From Klebsormidium nitens (taxonomy: Eukaryota > Plantae > Klebsormidiophyceae), in assembly GCA_000708835.1 (NCBI GenBank), contig DF237085.1, positions 62,001 through 126,000 of the forward strand: a stretch of DNA of 64,000 nt. The letters run 5' to 3'. Shown in pieces: positions 44,961-56,900 of this stretch. How positions within the stretch are numbered: position 1 is the stretch's first letter; every line of letters starts with the position of its first letter. The notes beneath the pieces were generated by a model, which was not told the origin of the DNA, searched no databases, and saw only the letters and a program-made list of their open reading frames with translations. The translations under genes were made by a program, and so were the position numbers.

Positions 44961-46091
44961 TTAGCTGACGGTGATCTTGCCAGTCATGCCCGCTCCCTGG
45001 TGAGGCTCGCAATAGTACTCGTACTCGCCAGCCTTGGTCAAGGTGATGGTCACAACGTCACCCTTGGCGTTGACGAGGTCCTAGCAAAGACAAGAGAGCC
45101 GGGTCAAGCTTGTTTACCGTGTGCCACAATGCACATTGATGCAGACTGTATGACAGCTGTCAACTCCGTAACACATGTGCAAAGCACAATCTTCAAGGAC
45201 GAAAGCCCTTGAAGATGTCATACATTCGATATGTCATCGTCTCTCGTCTACCCTTCCCACAATGTGCCCTTTCTGACGGATTCTTTATCATGTTGCATAT
45301 TTTCTGCTGTAATGACCACAGGAGGTGCCCCTCAAGAATGCATTGAAGTCCACATAAACCTCGCATTCCCTGTAATTCTCCAACACAAACTCACAACTAC
45401 AAAGGGCTGAAAGACATAGGAGTCTCTGTTTGCCGCCTACAAATTCCCCCTACTGATGCAGTCCAGCTGACGAATACAAAACCTACAGATTCCCCGTCCT
45501 GATACAGTCCAGCTGACTTTTTCAAACCCCCCCCTCTGCTAGGGAAGGGATTCGCTAGAATCAACGACTATCTCAGACACGAGCGCGCAATCATCATTGA
45601 CCACAAAGCACAGTATCAGAAGATTCAGTGCTGAAGATTAAGTACTATGTAAGCTTGTGACAGTACAGTCAGGTCTGACCACCAAACAACATGCTGGCCA
45701 CCCCAACACACAGGAGAGGGTGACTTACATCGTGAGACAGAGCGCCAGCGTCCACGCCTGCAGGAACCGCATCCTCATCGAACACGATGTTGTGGGGGAA
45801 CCCAGCATTGTTCGTGAAAGTGATGGTCTCGCCAGCAGACACATTCACAGAGCTAGGGATGAAGGCGAGCTCGCCACCGTCTCCCCCCATCTTAATGTTA
45901 GCAGCGTTGGCGCTGAAAGCAACGGCAAGGGTGGCGACCGACACACCCGCGGTCTGAGCAATCTTCTTAAAGCTGGGGAGAGCTGCGCGGGGGGCCACAA
46001 CCCGGGGGCCGGTCATGGCAGCGGGCTTGGCAGCGACCGCAAGGCCAGCCACGGAGGAGACGCACCGGGAGGAGGCGAGAGCGGAAGCCAT
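44961..46091 (-). CDS. PETE: Plastocyanin precursor (one intron)
   Basis: Bipartite transit peptide ending in A-N-A; mature [15 protein letters not shown]...[17 protein letters not shown]. Exon 2 reads DLVNAKG...[20 protein letters not shown]. Cu ligands H, C, H, M are present. Confidence 0.98.
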
Positions 46092-46438
46092 GGCGTTAGG
46101 AGGAAGGCACGAGCAGCGAGTTGAGAGGAGCTCTTTTAATTTAGCAGAACTGCAATTGATCGGAGGAAGAGACTCGGAGAAACAGTCTTCGCTGCAAACT
46201 TTAAAATTAAAGTTTATTACCTTGCAGCAAGGAATGTTCTTAATATTTGGAAGCAGTTTGAAATCTTCCAGGGGGGGTCAATCCAAGAAATTTCTACGTT
46301 TTGTGGGGGACGATCTCCGGCGCCATAGTGCCCATGGAAATGAAAGCATGGAGGGGTATATATCGCCAATGCGCAACAGCAGCGGCCAATTAGGTGCACA
46401 TATGGGCGAGAGACAGAGGCAGAGACTGCTGCTAAGGG

Positions 46439-46519
46439 NNNNNNNNNNNNNNNNNNNNNNNNNNNNNNNNNNNNNNNNNNNNNNNNNNNNNNNNNNNNNN
46501 NNNNNNNNNNNNNNNNNNN
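46439..46519. other. Assembly gap (81 N), probably hiding the 5' part/RT of the retrotransposon
   Basis: Run of N. The sequence immediately after it (DQGLHNISAL) resembles the GGLGL-x-N motif that follows the RT thumb. Confidence 0.9.
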
Positions 46520-49500
46520 TCGATCAAGGATTACACAACATCAGCGCCCTTCAGTCATGCATAAGGGCCGAATTCATGCAGACCGCTCTTCAAGCCGTAG
46601 ACTTACCTTGCCGTGTCACGTCACAAATCTGCTACACGCACCTCCGCCACCACCTTAAAGGGATTGAACCTTTCAGCCGACTTGGCCGTGACCTCCCATG
46701 GACGGGTCGTAAATTCTCGCCGCTGTTTCAGGGAGTTCGCCAACACCTGAACAAGATGAACATGTCCCTCAGAGTTTTGTTTGATACTCGCGCCGATATG
46801 AGCAGCCGCAAGATCAGGCACACGCTCGCTCCGATTGCACACGAACATCAGATGCTTCTTCTAGTATGTAAGGGTCTCTCAGAAACCCACACTACCAGAC
46901 TGCTACAAAACCTCTCCCGCGCCGGCATAACCGACCTAGAGGATCTCTCACCGCTGTTTGAAACCACAATAGCAGAACTGGCAAACAGCGGAACCGATAT
47001 AAGTCCCAGAGAACGGTGGGAAAGTCACAAAGGGCGCCCCACAAGAACTGCCCAAGAACTCATACAAGACAGGTCAACAAAAACTCCCAACTTTATACTA
47101 CATCCAGATCTACGGATCCCTGGAGCAAGTGCAATGCAACTCAAACTCCTACGACTACTTATCCGCATCTATATCGAACAACTTTTGGAACCTTTTGCAC
47201 GCAGCAATTCCCAACCCAGCAAAGAGACGCAAACCAACTGGGGACTGCACAAGAAACACTCACTCGATGTTACCAAAGCATACCCAGATGGAAGCACAAA
47301 CAAGGACCAGTCCAGAACAAGGATTCGGGATTTACTTCCCAGAACTGGACCAAACCGACTCATACAAGAAAGTACTGTCCCGTATTCCCGGATACCAAAG
47401 TATTGCACGTGCCGAAGCGTTCGGAGTACTTGCAGCACTTATACTCACAAAACAAGAAACTAACCTCACCATACACTGCGACAGAAAACCTCTGGTCGAT
47501 CAGATTAACAAATTCCAGAAGAGGAAACCTTGCGCACACGAGCTGCGCCGGCTGAAAGATGGATCACTGCAACTACGAATCCTTGAAGAGATCCAAGCGC
47601 GAACAGGACATACAACAATTGTCCATGTCAAAGCTCACATGCGGGATAAGCCCACAGTCACCCCGTCTGGACAGGAACCTGACACCCCACAAATCGCAGC
47701 AACTAAAGAGCATCAAGAACATAACAAAAAGGCAGACGCAATTGCTAAAATGAGCATCGAGGGAGAAGACCTTACAGTCCCAGACGAGCAGAAATATTTA
47801 GCACCTGTCTCCATCCTACTCGACGGACTCGGAGACAAACGGTCAAGCCCCACCTTTGAAAACCACCCCCTCAAACTCTACCAAACCACGTACAGACAAA
47901 CACGGCAAATCTACCAATACAATGGCAAATGGCACGAATACCTGTTCAATGAAAGTATATGGCAAACCCCCTCACTATCTATACTTCATGGCAAAAAAGA
48001 CTACCCGCTCAAAAAATTTATGGTACAAATTCAGGCTAGGCAGAACCCTACCAACACTGCATCGTCTCCACAAGATCCGGCCACAAATCTTCCCGGACAC
48101 AAAGTGCTATCTATGCAATCAAGAAATCAACGAAACAATCGAACACATCAGTTACTGGTGCCCATTCTTTGAAAAGAATCGACAAAATCTCATACAAGAA
48201 TGCACGACCATATGCAAACGGCAGACCAGCAGAGTTTCCCGGAACGAGATCAGCCGCACCCTGCGGAACTGCCTTTTCTCCCCAACACAGGACTCGGAGC
48301 GGCTTCTATCTGCAGGCCAACTCCCCCTGTCTCTGAAAACATGGCTCATGGCCAACTCCAAAACAACCGAAGACGCCACAGAGAAAGCGGGGAAGAAAAT
48401 CCACCGGACAATAATCTCAGCGTACAAAGAGATGTGGAATGCGCGCTGTGCTGAAATGCGCGATCGCAAACTCTTGTTCAAGGACAGACTCAAACTTTTC
48501 CCGATACAAAAACCTCTACATGAGATGACCGAAGACGACTTCCTGAGCTTTGCAAAAGCCTGGCAAAAGCAAGAGAAGAAGAATAACCCGACCACTGACC
48601 GGAATCGCCTTCCCCAGAAGGCAGGAGCTCGAACAGGAAACAAACGGACTGTGGGCACCAACGGACCCCCATCCATCCGAGGTAAACCTACACAGTCCAA
48701 CGGAAGTAAGTTAGCAGAGCCTACAATTACAAACTCAAAAGCACCCGTTGCCAAAAATATTGCACAGCACAACAACCTCAAACGCCTAAGAAATCCTACC
48801 ACACAAAACCCAAAACCTAATGACGCCTTCGAAACGGATGACGAATACTTCAAAGGCCTGTTACACAAACAAATAGTAGCGGGCGATGGAAACTGCCTCT
48901 TCCGAGCCTTCCTTCGAGCTGTAGGCCAGTGCGACAGTAATCACGACCAACTTCGTCAGGCCTGTGTCCAGCATATCATCGCACACTGGCCCCGATACAA
49001 TGCCCAAGCCAATTGGATTCATAGGGAAGCGCCACAATTACAGGCAATGCAACACCCCTTCCCGACAGCCACACACTACAAAGACTATATGCTCCTGACC
49101 GATAGTGCATGGGGCTCTGATCTGGAGGCCCTGGCAGCAGCCGAACTGCACAATCGGTCAATCCTAATCTGGTCAACAAGAGGCAATATACATGGATTCC
49201 TCATGAACTATACGGAACAAACAGCCACCCAAGGAGCAATACACCTGCTACACTCTGGGAATCATTACGATGCTCTTATACCAAGCTCGGTTGATCGAAA
49301 TCGACTCAGCACTAGCATCCTCGCAACAAGATCTTCTGCAAGATTTGCCTCAAGAATTGACTTGACGGTACGGTTGATGAACACAGAACCACAACTAAAA
49401 CGACAGAAGACAGGACCCACATCGGATAACAGGACACAACCCGAGCACAGCAAGCTGAAGGTCAAATCTCTTCGTTCCTCTGACCATGAATCACACAACC

Positions 49501-50139
49501 ACCAAGCGGACAGCCAAGTGCCACCCCCAACCCCCCATCAAAAAGGCCCCCAGATGCCCCAACCGCTGCCTCATACTATAACTTCCAACAAAACACAACC
49601 ACTTCACGTTTCCAATCCGGAAGCTCACACGCTCTTAGGCAAACGAAGACTTCCCCTGTGGCTGACAGACAATGCAAAAAACTTTACTACCAAAAGACAG
49701 CGCCTACTCAATATGAAACCAGACCACCTAGCACACACCATGACCAGCAATCAGCAGAAGTTTGGCACTGCAGCCATCAACACTAAAAGGAAGAGGCCCC
49801 ACCAGCAGCAACCCTGCCCAGCAACCCAGGTTACCAAAAAACCCAAGTGCAAACTCACCTCAATTACAATGGAGACAATGACGGGACGGTTGCCCAGCAA
49901 TCAACACCACCTTACCCAAACGCGGACCGCCCACCAGCAGCCCTGCGCCCAAAGAACACGATAACCCCAGGAGACCACTCCAGCCGCTGTGCCCCAACAT
50001 GCAGACGGTGACCAGACTCAACTACGACTCAGTGTGACAGAATCGCCAGTAAAAGCGCGCCATCGCGTATGCCAGCCAGCAGTCTCCTTTTGACGAGCTG
50101 CTTACGGCCAGATTGTTGACCCAAAAAAAAAAAAAAAAA
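46520..50139 (+). mobile_element. Non-LTR (LINE-like) retrotransposon, 3' portion, with RNase H, CCHC zinc knuckle, OTU-like protease domain and poly(A) tail
   Basis: A/C-rich intronless sequence. RNase H residues YPDGS (47281), ARAEA, HCDRK, HVKAH...HNKKADAIAK. zf-RVT-like CYLC..ETIEH..WC (48105-48161) followed by GQLP...EMWNARC. OTU motifs GDGNCLFRA (C at 48894) and NHYDAL (H at 49263). Stop at 49964 and A17 at 50123-50139. Two single-base frameshifts (~47319, ~48011). Confidence 0.88.
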
Positions 50140-50979
50140 CCCTTGCTCCGCTGAACGCTTATGCGTCTCAAAGCCACTGTCCGCCCCACTGCTCCAAGCT
50201 CGCCACGCGCTACTGCGCCGCGGCTCGATGGTCAAACCCTGTCCGCTCGCGTCCCCGCGCGCGGTCCTAAATCCGCCGATCGAGTCCACGTCACCACCGC
50301 GAACCTTCAAACCATTCGCGGACGGTCAGCACTGGATCAGAGCCTTTACAGATCTCTGGACCATGCACCCGACTTTGACTCGCTCGGTGGGTTCGGCCCA
50401 AAATTTTATGATCGACCATCAGCAGCAGCGCAAGCAGTGCATAAGTTTTACACGAGACTCTAGTCGATAGAGCTCCTTAGTTTTCAGCTTGAGAAGCTGG
50501 CACAGACTGTGAATCGAGGTCAAAGCGCCAGGCCTTCATTGACCTTGCTTCATCGGGGCATGGCGATAGGTCTTGAAGATCCAAGAGCCAAACGCATCAG
50601 ATGGTGAAGACATGATATCGTCTAGGGCCGTCAGTCTCAGGCCGTCAGTCTCGAAGTTGTGGTCCGGTGAAGGGAATTAAAGACAGCTTACTGGCGGGGT
50701 CAGGTGCATATGCATGGCTGCAACCACCTCATAGCAGCTGTGGTTCCTGCCACCGGTTTGGGCCAAATTTGGTGACGTCCAGGAGGGAATGACCTGGATG
50801 GCAAGGATGCAAAGTGCGTCGATTTTGAGAAATGGACTTCAAGCCGTTCCCTAGTTGTTGTGCATTCCGCATTCTTTGGCACACCCTCTGGTGCATTGTA
50901 TGCGGGCGCCTGATGAGTGCCATGTTGAGCGGCTAGTCTGTGGCTGCACGTAACGCATTCCGTTGGGAGGTCCCCGAGC

Positions 50980-53900
50980 ATGAGCCCCATGCAGTCGCTA
51001 GGCCCCACTTGGGACCTCCAGGCGCCAGCCCCAGGCGTATTAAAACGTCTGAGTTCCTTACCTAGTGAGATGGACAACACTCGGTTGCTGAAGATCAAGA
51101 GTAGCACGGGCGCAAAAGGGCCCTGCCTAAGGGAGGCCGACCGTGCCAGCTTAAAGGAAGCGGCGCCGTTGACGCAACAGGATGATGTCAGCGCCTCCTC
51201 CACTGGTATCAGAGCCGTCGCTCTTCTCCAGAGCGACCACGCCCTCCATGCTCTGACCACCACCGTAGGGCAAGAACTAGGCACTGCGCTGATGCCAGCG
51301 GAGCGGCCCAAGGGCCCCGCTGACGTCGGCGAGGTCGTCGGCTATGCTGATCTCCTGCGGTCTCGGGGAAAGACAGCGGAAGCGATGTCGCTCTACGACT
51401 GCGCCCTCGGGGCGGACCCGCGCTGCGCCCCGGCGCTCGTCGGGAAAGGCGCCTGTTTGCAGCAGCAGCAGCAGCCGCGCGCGGCGTTCGCGTGCTTCGT
51501 CGGGGCGCTCGCGCTGGACCCCCTGAACGTGCAAGCCCTGACGTGGTGCGGGTTGTTTTACACGGAGGAGGGGCACCTGATGGAGGGGATTGAAGTGAGC
51601 GCATTCACAAGAATAAGACTTGAGAATTAAAGGGTTGACGTGACAGGGACAAAATGGAGAAGGGTGGCAAGTGTAGTGTGGCGTCGCCGTTGGGAGGCAA
51701 TCGATGGGAGCCTTTGTAAAGCGGAACAGATCGGTGGGAGCCTCAAATGGTCCAAACAGAGTTTTTTGATCTCAGTCGCTTCTGATGGATACCTGTCAAG
51801 GTGCCCAAAAGGTGGCAGCTTTACAACAAAGTATGCAGAGTTTCAACTGTTGGTCCGTCTGCCAAGCTGAACCTACCGTCTTGTTTGTCCATATCATGAT
51901 AAGAGGATGTCGGTTCGAAGAGCGCGGTCCTTTGAAGCTTGCTTCCTTCACTTTGATGAGCTTTGTGTCTCGCACCTGGGACTGGGCTTCCTTGTGGCAA
52001 TGTCCGTATTACTCGGTGAACGGTCACACATATACATGGGGTGCAGGCATTTCAACCCGTTAGATGAACAAGGTCCCACATATGGTTATTTTATCACGAC
52101 GTTCTGCAGGCGTTCCGGAAGGCGCTGGTGCTGCAGCCGGACTTTGCGGAGGCAAAGGAGCACCTGGCGATCGTGCTCACGGACCTAGGCACGCGGTTCA
52201 AGCTGGCGGGCAACGCGCAGGAGGGCATCCAACGCTACTATGAGGCAATTGAGGTCAACCCGCGCTGTGCGGTGAGCCACTCTGCGCAGCACTGAGCCGT
52301 ACTTGAGTTTACGTTTTGCGTCATGCCGCTGACACTTTGGGGCGCTTGAAAAACGTAAGAACGGCTCTCATGTTTTGAACTGTTCGGTGTGGACAGCGTG
52401 GGGGATGCTCGAATTTTGTCTAATGATCGTAACGAGCTTCGCAGATTTGTGTCGTCTTTGGAGGGGCCTGCCCCTGGTAAAGCTTGCTTACCTACAGAGT
52501 TGGTTAAGGGGGTTTGGATAACGTCATGAGGTTGTACGTCCGCATCACGTTTTTGCCGTCTTTGTCTGAGGTGCAGCCAAAGCGCTACACGTTCAAATTT
52601 CCGTGTAGTTTGACGATCAGATTTGCCACATGCACCTTCTCTCACATAGTAGGCTTCCCCCGGAAACTGCTGCTAAAGATCAACTGATTTGTGCACTGAT
52701 TGACCATACAATCCCTCTTGTCCCAGCCCGCATACTACAACTTGGGCGTTGTGTACTCTGAGATGGGCCAGTACGCGCACGCGCTCAGCTTTTACGAGAA
52801 GGCGGCCCAGCTGCGGCCGCTTTACGCCGAGGCGCACTGCAACATGGGCGTCATCTACAAGGACCGGGGAGACTTGCTCGCGGCCATTGCGTGCTACGAA
52901 AGGTGGGGTTAAATCCTAGGACACTACTGTAAAGATCGTTATTGTGAACGATGTCAAAGCAATTGCCAGAGATATCAAAAAGTTTGCTGACGACCGTCAT
53001 TGCTTGCCGAGAACTGATCCCGTTGCGTCCTTTGCGGCTTTGATTGAATTGTGGATTAGAAGTCTCATTATCTGCCGACGGATCCGAGTCGATGAGCGGT
53101 GGAAGCGAAAACATTGGTGCATGAGCCGTTTTGGCAAGACAGGCAAGTCTTGTGAGGTCGGCTGATTGGAAAGTCTCTGGCTAGTCCAGGTCAAGGGAAA
53201 CTTGTGTAAGCTTCTGAGAGGTGGAAGTATTCTTCTTGAAAGAAAAGCAAGGCTTCCAAGAAGCCACCCTTTCAAGACCCTTTAAGGACGCGTTGGTGGC
53301 GGCTCGGCAGGTGTCTAATGGTCGCCCCCAACTTCACAATCGCCCGCAACAACCTCGCCATCGCGCTCACCGACCTGGGCACCAAGGTGAGACGAGTGGA
53401 GCTTTTTTTGGCCTGTTGCCAACACTTGACTTCATGGACACAATCAGTTTCAGCGTTCAGAATCCTATATCATTCTCAAGAGGGCGTCAAATTTCAAAGC
53501 ACATGCGTGCATCTGATTCCTGAGGGGACAAAGATTTCATCTGACGGCTCAGATTCGATCTTGAAAGCTGCCTTTGGCGACCGATGCGGAGCACTTTGGT
53601 CGCTTGAGGTAGGACCGGCGCCCACTTCAACTAGCCATCCTGTCTGAGTCAACCAAGTTACCAAGCTACGAATCGTGCCACTACAGAACAGCTGGGTTCC
53701 TGAGGCAAAGTAGTGAGAAAATGCGTGCGCGGCATTCTTTCAAACCTCTGTGCTTCAGTCCGAGGCTAGGTTCTGCGCCTGATTTGGCTGATGTTTGTCG
53801 TGTCGTCTCAGGAGGTGCGCGCTCTTTGACGTGGTTAGTTGTGTTAATATTTGGTGGGTGCATCTGGTGCGTGAAAGGCCTGGTTGAAGTTGTTTCGTGT

Positions 53901-56900
53901 CCGTCCCGAGTCAAGGGTTCCCGTCTTTCCAAACAGAAGCTGTAACCGATGACCATCCCCAGTGGTAAGAGCCGGTCCAGAAACCGCGAACCCAGCCGCT
54001 TTGCAGCACAGAAAAATACTTCTTTGCGCAAGCTGCAAGCCAGCCGTCACAGCGTTAGGATAGAGGCCAAGAATCTGGTCGTCATCCTGATCAGAGCGGA
54101 GTCAAAGACCGACGTTCTTTCGAGCAGAATTTATCTCGATTTCTCTCTATCTCAGCCTTTTTGGCTTCTGTTGGAAATCTCTCGATCTCAGCAGAAATTG
54201 TTAAACGCCACGTCAGATTTGACATGCGAAATACATACCAAGCCGTATCAAACCACGTGGCACCGTGCAGGTCAAACTGGACGGCAACCTGCAGCAGGGC
54301 ATCGCATACTACAAGCGAGCGCTCGTGTACAACTCGCACTATGCGGATGCTATGTATAACCTGGGGGTGGCCTATGGCGAGATGCTCAACTTCGACATGG
54401 TGGGCCCATGCTCCATTCTTGAGTGACTCTGCTGCATCCAAACCTGTTTGCACGAGGGTCTGAACAAGAGGTTTGCGCACAACCGGCCTGCCTGCAGTAT
54501 TATGGTCGTTCGCTTTCTTTTGAGTCGTTCCGTTTGACTTCCTTTTCCTTGCAGAGCAAGATCAGGGCGACTTCAGTGTTTCGTCAAACAGGTTTTTCAC
54601 ACTGCCCGACTTTTGGATAAAGGATCTCCGGGCTTTCACGTGACCCTGTGGTCGCCCCGGAGTGGGCCCCAATGTTGCTTCTTACATTTTTGGCGTGGGC
54701 TTATGCACGATCAAATCAGGGTTTGCCCAAGAAGCATCTGATTGGTTGAAGTTTTTCACCCGAGGGTCGAGAACCTTGAACCCCTTAAAAAAAGCGTTGT
54801 TAACTCCCTGCCGATGGCGTCTCAAGCAATCCCTTTGCACCCTACAAATCCTCAGCCTCAAGACTCTGAAATCCTAACATCCGACACCTCTGCAGGCGAT
54901 CGTGATGTACGAGCTGGCGCTGCACTTCAACCCGCAGTGCGCAGAGGCATGCAACAACCTGGGTGTCATCTACAAAGACCGCGACAACCTGGACCGCGCC
55001 GTCGAGTGCTACACCGTATGCCTTTCGACCTTCAGCAAACATTCGCTCTGATGTTCGTCGCACTTCCAAAAAGTGCTGAATTGGATTCCGGAAATTGGGT
55101 ACTTGAGCCTGACCGATCGTTTAGCATAGCCGGAAATGCCGCGAATCCCCGTATGGTTGACTTTGCCACCCTCGGTACAGTTGTTTTGCCGCGGCGACAG
55201 GGTTCCAACAAACCCCTCGTTCTACTGGTAGTGTATCCCCGCATTAGCCAGCGAATATTGATACTTTGTGACATTTCCGCTGTTAGCTTTTCGAGGAAAG
55301 TTGGACCCATTACACAACTTTTCCACTTCTTGCACAACCAGACAAGAAGTATGCCAAAACGAAGAACCCGTTTCTCTACTGCAGATGGCGCTGCGCATTA
55401 AGCCTAGCTTCTCCCAATCGCTCAACAACCTGGGCGTAGTCTACACGGTGCAAGGCAAGATGGACGCCGCGCTCACCATGATCCAGGCCGCCCTGGCCGC
55501 CAGCCCTAGTTACTCAGAAGCATATAATAACCTGGGTGAGTGAGAGCTTTCAGAATTTCATAGGTTGACCCGTTCTGCAACCGGCTCCGAAGCAGACGAC
55601 CGAGCAGTTTAGACCATGAAACATGTCAAATTTTCGTTGGAGTCCAGGGTTTGTGAGCCGAAAGCTTTCTTCGTCGGCCAACGGCGAGTAAACAGTTTTC
55701 GTCTGTTTCTGACGTGCTAGAGAACCTGACAGCTCCTTTTGCAACTGGGAGACCAGCTCTTTGAGTGACGCCAAGGTTGTTTGGGCGTCGACAGAGTCAG
55801 TATTGGCATGATTGGGGCGAACGGTCCGGCAGGATGCTTCGGGCTGGATATACAGGCGTAAACGCCCTTTTTAACCCCAGTCAACTCTCACAATCGTGCA
55901 ATGGCAGAAGCACAATTGCGCAAGCCTCCGTGTTGACCACATGAAGCACAGGGGACTGGGTTGCGAGGCCTGACTGACGAAACGCACCATGACCGAAGTT
56001 AGAGGGCACAAGTCGGGGGTAGTGCACCTTTACTGCTTGTTACGTAACGCTAAACGGTGTTTGCTGCTTCGCGTTACGTAAAGCCGTTCGCTGCTCGCAG
56101 GCGTGCTGCACCGGGATGCGGGGAACATCCCGGCCGCAATCAAGGCGTACGAGCAGTGCCTCAGCCTAGACCCGGACTCGAGGAACGCGGGGCAGGTACG
56201 CGAGCCAAGTCGGGGTTCTCCTGGGAGTCCGCGGTTGAGGGCTTAGCCGCATGTTGCTGTCTCGTATCCTCCGTTTGGCAGGATATTTCACAGTGCTGTG
56301 CCTGAAACCGTCTCAACCTGAAATCGCATGGAGACAAGTGTTGCTACGCGTCATGACCGTGTGGGAGGATGCGAAAAGTGCTTGCCGGTGATTAGGGGCG
56401 GCCGTCTTGGTTTATGAGTCCCCAAACAGATAGCTATCGTCCTCATAACGTGGTCGAGACCGTTCTTTTCAGTTCGAAGACTTCCAGAAACCCCTCCTGT
56501 ACCTCGAGTTCATGAAAGCAGTCCGCAAGCACAACCATCGAGCTTTTGCCAACTGTGAATTGTCCCCTCTTTCTGCGCTCCAGAACCGGCTCCTTGCCCT
56601 GAATTACATCCACGGGGGCGAAGACGACTCTCTGTTTGAAGCCCACAGGTGAGCCGCTCGCGCACGCAGCGTTTGCACTTGCCACGTGGGCAGCCACTAT
56701 GAATGCTTTACGAACCTCGGTGTCTACCCGTCCTGAGTCGGACCTCGCTCATGACATACACGCCTTCCTTAGGAGTACCTGCATTCCAGCGGCATCGCTT
56801 TTGAGGTCTGGAAACCCTCGATACAAACCCTGGTAGTTTACGACCCTAGCGAAAGAACGCCTCCTGGCTGTGGTGGTCGAATCTGGCTTCGAGACCCCTG

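Noticed and set aside
46015-47463. 482-aa ORF in the ORF track
   Set aside because: Artefact of reading through the N gap. It joins antisense plastocyanin/promoter sequence to the LINE.
47300-48030. Programmed ribosomal frameshifting in the LINE
   Set aside because: Both shifts fall inside conserved domains, look like simple single-base insertions, and have no obvious slippery heptamer plus stimulatory structure. Mutation or sequencing error is more parsimonious.
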